A stretch of DNA of 56,434 bases. Origin: Trichoplax sp. H2. Taxonomy: Eukaryota. Positions 12,997 to 24,799 of the stretch are shown here, piece after piece; within the stretch, counting starts at the first letter, position 1, and every line of letters begins with the position of its first letter. Position numbers and translations under genes: made by a program. The notes beneath the pieces were generated by a model, which was not told the origin of the DNA, ran no database searches, and was given only the letters and a program-made list of their open reading frames with translations. The stretch spans positions 124,001-180,434 of the forward strand of contig NOWV01000161.1 of the NCBI GenBank assembly GCA_003344405.1, in the 5' to 3' direction.

Positions 12997-15900
12997 AGTA
13001 AATTGGAGCAGTTCAGTGTATTAGCGTAAGAAAAAACTGCAAATTGAAACTAACTCAATGATCAACACAGTCTAATCGTCAAGTAGAGACCTGTTCAAAA
13101 TAGAAATAAAATAATCTTAGCAATTTTTTTCCATTTTCTTCCGCCATGACTCATTCTTCTGATAATTTACATATTGAACTTTGGAATAAAATAATTAGTA
13201 GTACAAATTAAAATTCATAATTTTGCTCCTAACATCAAATTGAGCTGTTGATCCCTTCCTACTTTAATGATGACAGAATTATTCTTTTACAATTTAAAAT
13301 TAGTCTATCTAGCCCAGGCATAATGGATTAATTAATGCAGTGTAGAACAACGAATAGGCAGAGGAATGTTGTATTTTTATCATCGAAAGAATGATGCTGC
13401 ACTATAAAATTCGTTTTATTGCAGCAGGATAGAAGCTAGAGAATAATAAAATGAGAGTGCGATTTGCAACCGTTTATTAATTGAAAAGATGAGAAAAATC
13501 GATGAACCGGAAAGAATTTGCTTTTAGAATAGTACTTGTTAGAGACTGATCTAGAGATGGATCTTAGGGTACATTAAATTTTGACATGGCAATCACAACA
13601 TGATGAGAAAATGAAACTGCTTATTTTTTTATTTCGATTATCCAATTTATGTTTGTAATCAGACTAACAAATCGATAGATTACTACGTAAAGCCATCATT
13701 ATGAATAGAGTTAACAAGTAATGCAAGCAACGGGCACCCTAGTGAAAATTAAAGCGGACGAAAATGAAGAATAAACGCTTTGATTGCTTCCAAACCTGTC
13801 AATAAAGTCTTTTATACCATAGATGACGACTTGCTAGGGTTTCAATTTTCAATCAGTAATCCGCTTTCATGATACCAAATGGAAAACAGTATAAGTACGA
13901 GTAGAAACTACAAATTCAGCTGTGGTTTTAATCCTTTTTTGTTAAGATTTACTCTATCTTTCGAGGAAAAAGTAATCTTGGTGTGATTTAAAGCAAGTGT
14001 TGACGTATAGCTAATATTGAAATCATATGATACAACACCATGATTCCAGTGAAAATGGAAGAGTTTGTCCCCTAAGTTGATGTTTGGATAATCTAATTAA
14101 ACCATTTTAAGCGTCACTAATATTATTGATTATAAAGAATAAGAGACTAACCATTAATGCTGTGTCATGTAATCATTTGGATGCCAAAGAAATGGGTCAG
14201 CAAGAAATCGATTTTATCGACAAGTAATTAATTAATAATATTATGAATTTCAATAGCGTAAATAGGTACACCCCTACGTTATACAAGTATAAAGGTGATT
14301 ATTTCCGCTATGAAAAGATTAATTGATTGATTGACGATAGGGTACAATTTAGCAGCAGGGAGAAAAGCAAGATGAACGATTGACATCCATCCATTAGGCA
14401 TGGATTACTGGAAATATGACAGTTTTAGTAATCCAAGTTTTCAATCAGATCGAGATACATAACTTTCCCCAGTATATAAAATAGCACGAGATCTAAAAGC
14501 GATACGTAGGTCACTGCTAATAAGTTACTTTATACTATAGCTAATATCAATTTAATTGCACACCTTCCTAAATTAATGCTAGTTTATTGTAGTGCCACCT
14601 GGCTTTTAAAAATTGTTTTTCATAGAATCTTGGACAAGTCTCTGCCTTCCATTATGCAATGATGACGGTAAAGAAAAAGTTTCAGCTGACTCTTTCATCT
14701 TCACTTACGAAGAGCTTTGCAAAGATCTTAGGTGCTTTCGGTAGATTAAAGCTTGTATACGATTGCTATTTTTAATATACTTTCTGCTCTTACGAAACTG
14801 TCTACTAAAGTAGATACTGGCCAGTTTAGATGATAGTGGGCCTGCCATATACTACAAGAACAACAATTTAGCATAGTTGCTGCAGTTGTTGATATTCTGC
14901 AGTAGAAATTGGCGATCGTTGTTGACCTCATTATGATGATTCTAGTTTATCCTAAGTGGATCAAACTGACAAGACTTCTATTCTAGTCATGATTTACTTT
15001 AGAATTAGAAAGCAGCAGCTGGTGATTTTTTTTCTCTCTATCTCTGTTAAGGTTTTAGTTAAAAATAATCAACGCTAAATTTGTTATTATTACGGCATAT
15101 TATGCTCGATCATCAATAAAAAATAAATAACTATTTGGAGAGTCAAAAATATAAGCTATATTTTGCGACGTTGTTCAGTTGAAGTACTAACCTGAAGAAG
15201 TTTACATGGTAGCTAATGTACAGCAAAAGGATTCAATATCTTGCTCATCAATCTCAACTCTCAAATCGTTAAAAATTTGGATTATAAATAGATCTAACTA
15301 TTGCAGTATTTCAAATAGCCATGAGCTTGATGTTGTTTTAACCTATTATCGAAGTAGGTGGGTATGTTTTGATAGTAATAGAGGCTTAAAATATGGTCGG
15401 TTAAACAGATTGAATAATTAATTAACCACCTGTTTTTTCTCTTCATTCATTACCTACTGGAATTTATTTAAATAAATTAAATGAGGCAGGAATCTATCGA
15501 AAAATCTGCTTTGATTATTTGAAACCGGAGAGTCGACAGCCCGAAATCATACGAAAATATTTACTTCTAATAAAAGAAGTGGGCGAATTATTTTTCATTC
15601 CATGCTCTGTATTAAACCATAGCCAAGCTGTTACATCTTATTGTGTATCTTTGCTGCCACTTGAAAACGTTCAAATCTGGTTTAGATAGTACCATTTATA
15701 GTTTTGATCGTTTTATTGACTTTAAATACTCCGTTCATAGTGTTAGAGCCATAAGTAGGCCAGACCTGTTACCAGTTGGAAGAATATGTTCTGTTTTTAT
15801 GGCCCATCAAGACATTATAATTATAGGTGGGATCTGATGTAACCTTCTAGATCATCAGATATGGTTTAAAATGGTAAAATGAATTTATATCATCTTGGCG

Positions 15901-16809
15901 ATAGCCCTATGTAGTATAAGAGGGAAATTGATGCGCCTATGCTTCTATTATACGTAGTATAAATTTGATGTTAACTTACTGGTCAACATAGGTATACGTG
16001 TAGTCTTTTACCACAGTTCTTGTGAATTAAGAAAGGCTTTCATATCTAACCACGTCTTGAATGTCCTTACAGTCCTTACCACTTTCATAATTTTTATCCA
16101 TGGCCCAAACCACCATGATATACTATAGCTTATATTATATCCTACAACTTATTCTTGACAGGCACTTCATTACAAAGTGCGGCTGACTTTTACGCCATCT
16201 CCAAAAGCTGTTACCATTATCGGAGATGTTATTGCTGTTGAGCAATATTATTTCACGCCAGTTTAGATGCTGATCTCTCTTAACGTAACTTCCTCTTCCC
16301 TTTACGATCCTTACTTTTGAAGGAAAGAGTAGCATTATTTTCCCAATTCAATTCCATAGGTAAAGCTAATGATGGCAACTAAATCTAATATTGTCGATAA
16401 TAATTCGATCCTCAGAAGCATGGAGTATTTTATAGATTGTGTAATCATAAATAACCGAATCATTCTCTTTTATAGGAATATAAGTAAAGCGAGGAAATTT
16501 TCGGGTGCAAAGAAGGAATCCTATCATCCACGATACGATGTAACCTAGTTCTAGATAGCACGTATTCCCTTCCCCTAAAATGTTTAGTACTTTTACACAT
16601 CATTTAATCATCCATAACGATTCATGAATAGTTAAAAGAATGATGAGCCAATCTATGAAATTATACGTATTAAATATAAGATTGGAACTCATAGCCCAAT
16701 CATAGAATTTCGCCAGATAATCCTTAAAGTTTAATATCAACTTATGATATTATACTACAGGTTGAACAATATAGCATACGTTTAAGCATACGTTTAAGAA
16801 ATGAAATGA

Positions 16810-18880
16810 TTTTACTAAGTAGAAATCTCGTACACAAGCATACAAGAGATTTCATTATGCAATCTTTACTACTATAAGGATCACTTAGTATGAATATTCA
16901 TTGCTAGCTGATCTCACGCACTTAGCTATGGGTTACTTAATCATGACGGACATAGAAATTTCACTAGGCAATTTTTATTACTAAAAGAACTGCTATTCAT
17001 TGCTAGCTGATCTAGGGGACTTAGTTATGCGTTACTCGATCATGATGGATACAGAAATCTCATACATACATACAAGAGATTTTCATTAAGCAACTTTGAC
17101 GAATACGAGGACTAGTATCCATTACTAGCTAGCTAATCACACACACTTAGTTATATGTTACTCAGTCAAGATGGATATAGAAATTTCACTATACAATCTT
17201 TACCATTGCAAGGATTAGTATTCATTACTAACTGATATCACATATTTAGCTATATGTTGCTCATTCAAGATGAAAATAGAAATTTCACTGAGCAATGTTT
17301 ATCACTTTGAGGACTGACATTCATGGCTAGCTAATCTCACACTCAGCTATGGATTGCTCAATCAAGATGGATACAACAATTTTATATATACGTACTAAAG
17401 ACTTCATTAAGTAATCCTTACTACTGCTAGGACCAGGTAGTGCGAGTATTTATTGCTACCCGATTTCGCTAGCTATGTGTTGCTCAATCAAGATAGATAA
17501 AGAACTTGTACACTGTACATATGCACAAGAGATTTTATTAGGCAATCTTTACTATCATAAGGACCATATAGTATTTATCGCTAGCAGATCTCGCTAATTT
17601 GGCTATATGTTGCTCAACCAAGATAGATATGGAAAATTTCGTATATACGTACAAAGTGCTATTATTAGTAATCTTTATTACTATCAGCACTGCATAATGT
17701 TCATTGCTAGCCGATCTAACTAATTTAGCTAGCCATTTTTGTATTCTGAGCACTAATATGTTCATTTAGATATCTTATTTCAAAATGATCTCGTGCACTT
17801 AGCTATATGTTGCTCAACCAAAATGCGTCAGGAAATTNNNNNNNNNNNNNNNNNNNNGATTCATGAATAGTTAAAAGAATGATGAGCCAATATATGAAAT
17901 TATACGTATTAAATATAAGATTGGAACTCATAGCCTAATCATAGGATTTCACCAGATAATCCTTAAAGTTTAATATCAACTTATGATATTATACTACAGG
18001 TTGAACAGTATAGCATACGTTTAAGAAATGAAATGATTTTACTAGGTAGAAATCTCGCACACAAACATACAAGATATTTCATTATGCAATCTTTACTACT
18101 ATAAGGATCATTTAGTATGAGTATTCATTGCTAGCTGATCTCACGCACTTAGCTATGGGTTACTTAATCATGATGGACATAGAAATTTCACTAGGCAATT
18201 TTTATTACTAAAAGAACTGCTATTCATTGCTAGCTGATCTAGGGGACTTAGTTATGCGTTACTCGATCATGATGGATATAGAAATCTCATACATACATAC
18301 AAGAGATTTTCATTAAGCAACTTTGACGAATACGAGGACTAGTATCCATTACTAGCTAGCTAATCACACACACTTAGTTATATGTTACTCAGTCAAGATG
18401 GATATAGAAAGCTAGCAGATCTCGCTAATTTGGCTATATGTTGCTCAACCAAGATAGATATGGAAAATTTCGTATATACGTACAAAGCGCTATTATTAAG
18501 CAATCTTTGTTACTATCAGCACTGCATAATGTTCATTGCTAGCCGATCTCACCAATTTAGCTAGCCATTTTTGTATTCTGAGCACTAATATGTTCATTTT
18601 AGATATCTTATTTCAAAATGATCTCGTGCACTTAGCTATATGTTGCTCAACCAAAATGCGTCAGGAAATTGTAAGCGTATATACATGTACATTAGCCAAC
18701 TTTAGCGACTATGAACATTAAGTAATGTGCATCTTCATTTCTAGCTGATCTCGTGCACATAGCTATTTGTTGCTTAATCAAGATGCATTAAGAAATTCTA
18801 TTCATATATGCAGGTAAATTAGCTAATTTTAGCTACTATATGCACTAATACTCATTGTTAGCTAATCTTACCAATCAGTT
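16810..18880. repeat. Degenerate minisatellite-like array, ~100-130-bp unit, spanning the gap
   Basis: Unit 'ttcattgctagctgatctc..cacttagctatatgttgctcaatcaagatggatatagaaatt' recurs at about 16903, 17002, 17124, 17227, 17326, 17455, 17580 and 17706, and again right of the gap to about 18880. Confidence 0.85.
17838..17857. other. Scaffold gap (20 N) flanked by near-identical sequence: 16619-17837 vs 17858-18670
   Basis: Sequence after the gap restarts at 'gattcatgaatagttaaaag' (=16619). The left contig ends at 'gcgtcaggaaatt' (=18670). The copies differ by scattered SNPs and a ~400-bp indel. Confidence 0.9.
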
Positions 18881-20437
18881 GTCAATAATTATAATAGATT
18901 GTGGAATATATTCTCATGCTATATTAAACAGATCATTAAGTAATCTTAGAAATTTCATATAATACAAAAATATAATGCATGATGATCATGAACCTTTCTT
19001 ATCAACATAAACCTCGCTAAAGTACCAATGTTAACCTATACAGTAATTCTTGACAGGTATCATTAGGAAGTAAAGATTTAAAACTATATACCACGTAGAG
19101 CGATTGTAATCATGGATAAAAACTGGCTTTACTGTATTGTAGCAGTTTAAAAATAATGTACTCATACTTTACACCCATGAGATGATTGTAATAGTGATTG
19201 AAATTTCTCGAAAGTTTAATAACGCCGTAAATGATATGATTAATTGTTTATTAAGTATTTACCGTTGTTAGTAAAGGACTGCCTACGAAATCCGTAGTTA
19301 TGTTGATAATATTTTCTATATTTTGATTAATTATAGATAACTGTAGCTTTCAGTACTTTGCCAATATTTTAGAATTATTAAGGTTACATTGTATATCATT
19401 TCATTGATCTAGAAAAGACCATAATTGCCCATTCCTAACAAATCTAGGTGATATTTTTTAACGGAATAATTTGGGTAATGGATTAGCTATATTCTGACAG
19501 TAGATTGGCATATGATGTAAAAATTCTCTTTGAAATATAAGAAGATAGAATTTTAATTTGCAATTACTTGAATGCCTAGATCGTACATGCATCTTGCTCT
19601 TGCAGTTGGGTCTTATATTATCTAATACTGTATTAGCCATATCACAAATAAGAGTTTATTAGCCTAACAATTGATAATTATGGGGTTACCTAAGCTATGC
19701 GGTAATATGAAATATCTACGAATGAAATACAGTAGTAATAAATTCTATAAAGTAGGTATAGGCACGCATTCTAGGACGGGGAATACTTCTTTCCGAATTA
19801 CTGTTACTCCTAGCCGATCTTAAAATGTCATGGACATATTAGCTGTAATAATGAAACTAACCTATTAGTCTATATCACAATAGTAGTCTTTTAAGTCTCT
19901 TAGGCTAGACTTTGAAGTTAAACTATCTTTTATTAACTGTTAAAATTTGTAATTATGATAACTTTAACCAGCTGAAGAAGGAAAGAATAATAACAGCATC
20001 CTATTAAATTAATAGTCTTAATACTAGATTATAAACAGTAGAAGTAGAAATTAAATCTATTATCCACTACCAAACTTATAATAAGTAGATCAGAGACAAA
20101 TTGCAAGTATATATTCAGTTCTATCAGAAAAGTATTAGAATTCAGACCATAGCTTTTAAAATATAAATCAATGTTGTCGTTTCTCATTATGTTGGCTTGT
20201 ACATATATTTCTTACGATAAGCAAAATCCAATTGATATTCCAATCTAAATAGCAGCATTCTATTTCCATCTATAAATAATAAAATAATTATGATGGCTTC
20301 TTAACGTAACGGTTTATAGCATGTGTAGATATTTAGACTTGATAACGCGCTATATTAACCGTGCTTAAAATGCTGATCGGTTGAAAACTATAATCCCGTA
20401 GAAAATATGCTATACCTAGATCAGATGTGCTCCATTT

Positions 20438-21826
20438 CTAGCCATCTCTTCTGCCCCATTGTTGGATCATAATATGAAGTGTATGGTTATTTAATTCAGG
20501 CCCAATTAATGGATTCAGCTGAGCCAAAAAGACTATTAACCAGCTATTTTTTTATTTTTCAGTAAAAGTCAAACTAGAATATTGACACATTTGATTATAT
20601 ACTACCTTAACAGTGTTAGTTAACGTTCTATACGCTATAAGATTCGTGTAATGCTATCATTGAATTCTCGAATCATTGTAGTAAAGGATACAACATCCAT
20701 CCACAGAACGCCGCAATGACCACACATGTTTGTATCAGGCTAGAGAAAATAACAAAAATATATTCAATTCTACTATATAGTACATATGAGTTTTCGAATT
20801 TAGATTTTATTGTATCTTCGTAAAAGTTGCTATTGGTGATATTAAATAATGCTAATGAATGAAAATGCCGATCATTTACTGATAATTTTGGAAGCGAAAT
20901 AGTCACTTTATCTAAAATGCTTTATAGATTAGCAGATAAGTCGTAGAAGAGTTGCAATAAACAGGAAGACATATGTCACAGCAAGACATAGTAAGATGAA
21001 TTCGGAAAGAGCTATTAGCTAACGCTAAATACAGATTACACTGAAAAATTGACTACCGTAATCCATATCATCTATTTTATTGTGACTTTAGTGATTTAGA
21101 AAGAAAATTTGGATGATAACTAAAAGTTTCAACTAGTGAAAGTTCTGAGTAATGATGCTAAGCGAGTCATGGGTCGATTACAAAATTTTTAGGCATTGGA
21201 AACTAATACGCGTATTAATAACGAAACATATTACACCTTTCCTATCCTAGATGGATCATAAGAAACTGTAGAGAGACTAATCAGCTACAATGAATAAGAT
21301 TTAATTTTGTATCCAAGTACTTTCTTAATTTCTCTTTACAACTCTACTTATGGAATCAAACTTTAAAATTAGCTAACTTTGATGTTTAGGATATCCTGTA
21401 TCTCTTTTACCCTGTTGCATCAATTAACAACACGATAGCAGTCGATACAGGTCTATCTGAGAATGAAATAGATCCCCAAGTAAAGATTGGTAATTTTCTA
21501 TATGTTTACGGTCACGTTTTAGAGATTTCTCAAAGAAACAAAACATGATTTTAGTATGCAAAATCGATTTGTGTTCATTTTCATTGCTAAGCAGATAGCG
21601 TCAATTTTTAAAACAGTTTGTGTCTTCCCATTTCTCTGGCGGCATTTCTTTCTAATACCTGGAGATGATGGCGTTACAATCGATCTTGCTTAGGGCTAAT
21701 AAATATTTCTGAATAGCAATTCACTTACCCGCGGTTAGTATTTGCTTTTGGAATCAGAAATGGCACAACAGCACCTATAAACAACCAGGAAAAGGTGATG
21801 CCTAGAAATGCTGGTAAACCCGACAT
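20438..21826 (-). CDS. ATP6V0E: V-type proton ATPase subunit e, diverged paralog (83 aa)
   Basis: Exons 21729-21826 (98 nt), 20692-20739 (48 nt), 20438-20543 (106 nt) give [83 protein letters not shown]. Two TM segments and the QLNPLxGP signature are present. Confidence 0.9.
20544..20691 (-). other. U12-type GT-AG intron (148 nt)
   Basis: 5' splice site GTATCCTTTAC. The 3' end is A-rich with no polypyrimidine tract (gaaaaataaaaaaatag). The branch site is degenerate (gacttttact). Same position as the U12 intron in the other paralog. Confidence 0.8.
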
Positions 21827-23845
21827 GATGTCTTGCTATTTCTTCACGCGCTTATGCCGTCTACTACAGACAGCAGTATCTTGACATCAGTCAGGAACAT
21901 CAGGCAGGCTAACTTTAATTTAGAATTAATTATATATAATTTTCATATTAGAAACTTATTATGCAGTATTCTAGTCATCCTGTTGGCATATTAGTATCAG
22001 TATGGCCATAATTTTCATTATGGTTGGATTAAAATGGGTAACATATTGACGCTGATGACGCATGAATATGCAAATGGTTAATGCTCACTTTGGTATAGTC
22101 GATATACCGTTACTGTAGGAAATATCACGTTGCATATGTTGCTAATCGAGTAATATTCAATATTGATCACCGACTAGAATAATTTTCAGGTGTAGAAGTA
22201 CGTGATAGATATCCTACTCTATACTAGTGCGTCAAAATGAAGATATTATACCTCAATCTGCCATTCTAGGTAACCATAAGGTCGTTCAAACGATGACCAT
22301 CACGTGGATAGCGCAGAACATAAGGTCATCATTTGCAGTTGAAAAGTTAGATTTACTACACCATGTTCCGGATCGAATTCGATCCTATGCTACCACTACC
22401 ATTGCTAATTTTTAAGTTGATTCATCAGTTATCATATTGATGCAGTCATTTAATGAAGTATGGCATTAAGCAATAGTGCAAGGGCGTAATAAGCACTCTT
22501 GTTAAAATCTCTGTCCATGCGTCTGATAAGTTATTCGAAAATAACTCTATTCTACAGTACAATGCTTTCCATGGTATAATATGTGAATGTATTAATCTAC
22601 AGTAATGTATTACCAGATATACGAGACCTACTAAAAATATTATAAATTAGTGTAGTGCTTTATAGATACAATACTGCGATATTTGAAATTCGAATAGTTT
22701 GTTTGCATGGGATAGCAATTCCACGCCTATTACAGCTATAGCCTAGGAATGCAGTAAATCATTATAATATGGATTACTTGGAGGTTGCAACAAATTGATT
22801 TGGCTTATACTTTACTACGATGGTTGCCCACTTTATTCTAGCAAGGGTAGTGAATACCGTACTCGATAATATATTGACATAATACGAGCCAAGTTGTTTT
22901 AATAATAAATTATTGGTAGAATATAATTTGATGGTAGGTGCTTTAAATGACGTTCAAATAATAAGCAAGTATCAAAGTCAAATTGGACTAGATATTATTG
23001 TGGCTATAGGTGATTTTCTTGCAGTATCGTTAACGCATTTATTCTGACACAATGAAGTAGAAACAAGGAATGAAATATCAAGTTTTCAATGTACTACGAG
23101 AATCAGACATTCAAGATACTACATTGCCTTTAACAGAACTTCAAAAGATTACGTGAACTTAGTTACCGTCCGTATTTATTGTAATGTACATTAGTTTCCT
23201 TATGTCAAGATATAATATTATATATTAAATTCATTACATCAAGACATAATATGGATATATTAATAGAAGTAAGAGACATGAGTAGATTCTTATTATTGGT
23301 TTGTTTTCGCCGTACTAATAATAACAGTGAGTGAAATAGATGTGATGCTATCACAATCATAATCTATTCCTTTATGCCGGAAGTAGATAAGTTACGGTTA
23401 AGAAGAAGGTAGAAGAACAAAACTAAAATTACATCTAATCTAACGAAGAACAGTAAAAATATTACTAGAATGGCATTACTTTCAGCTATTCATTATCAAA
23501 AATTTCATTCATGGTCAGTACTATAAGAATATTATAGTCATGAGCTAGCAATTACTACTGATTTTATCATCATCAATACAAAGGATAAAGCAAGCATCTA
23601 CATCAACCTTATCATATCATATTGTTGGTTTTGCTGTAAGGCACAGAATGATCGTAGATGCGATTTCTTATTCTATGTCGTAGCCAAATCTTATAGTCAT
23701 TCTATTTATTTTACTATTTTGATGTCCAAAACTGTCAGAATTTTCGAACGTAGTTACTCGCATCGGCATCGATGATGTCCATTATTCTATAGAATATTCA
23801 TTTGATTTGGAATTACTTCAACAAGATGGAAAAGATGACTGGCTA

Positions 23846-24795
23846 TTAGATCGAACGATGTGCCCACTGTTTAATCATCACTTTCAACGTTTCATTCTTC
23901 AGCAATGGTCCAATTAAGGGATTCAGTTGAGTCAAGTAAGCACATAGCCAGCTGAAATAGAATGATCAGTTAAGGAAGAAGCAGGACAGACCTAACGATT
24001 CATCCTGGTCGATTTTATCTATGTGTTCCAGGCACTTTTTATCACTGAAAGTAAAGATTTTACTAGCCAATGTGCATACTATATACTAAGATTAGTACAA
24101 CAAGATACCGTCAGATGTACTACTGGTAAGTGAAGTGGATTTTATTGTACTTTTGGAAAAAAATAATCAGTAAGGATACAATAAGTAGCAGCAGACAGCC
24201 GTTGTAACCAACATGGTCTGGATTAACCTAAGAAAGAAAATGAATTGTCATGTTTATTCGTTTCTACATAGCATGGATAACATGGAGTTTTAAAGTCAAT
24301 ACCAACAGTAACATTGTCCCAAAATTGAATTGAACGGCCGCAACTATTTCAGCCATAGCGATATACTCGTAATCATCGACTATAGCAGTATTGTCATTGT
24401 ACTCAAGTATTCTACTCGTATGCAGTAGTCATGTCGAGAATGGACCATAACAAGACTTTAAAATGGATCGTCCTATCTCCATCTAAATTTCATTTTCAAG
24501 CTATTTTGACACTACTGTATGCTGTCAAATAAAACTGAAATACTGTCGATCTACTCCAATAGACTAATGACTTCTGCGTTAGCGTTAGTTAAGCATGGAC
24601 AGTTTATTAAACAAGACGAACTTCATTAGTGATTGGTGTCGTTGCTACAGCGACAACCATGCCATAGCGTACTGTATGAAGAATAAGGATAACTTACTGT
24701 CGATTAGGATTCTTTTTAGGGACAAAGAAAGGCGCAACACCACCTACAAGAAACCAGAAAGAAGTAAAAATAACAAGAGGAACCCAAGCGGCCAT
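23846..24795 (-). CDS. ATP6V0E: V-type proton ATPase subunit e, canonical-like paralog (83 aa)
   Basis: Exons 24698-24795 (98 nt), 24180-24227 (48 nt), 23846-23951 (106 nt) give [83 protein letters not shown]. Contains the VCCYLFW and QLNPL.GP..KNET motifs of subunit e. Confidence 0.93.
23952..24179 (-). other. U12-type GT-AG intron (228 nt)
   Basis: 5' splice site GTATCCTTA. Perfect U12 branch consensus TTCCTTAAC at 23977-23969, close to the CAG acceptor. Confidence 0.9.
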
Positions 24796-24799
24796 TTTC

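Noticed and set aside
16810-18880. CRISPR-like repeat/spacer appearance
   Set aside because: Whole units are homologous and degenerate, with no identical repeats separated by unique spacers. No cas genes, and the context is eukaryotic.
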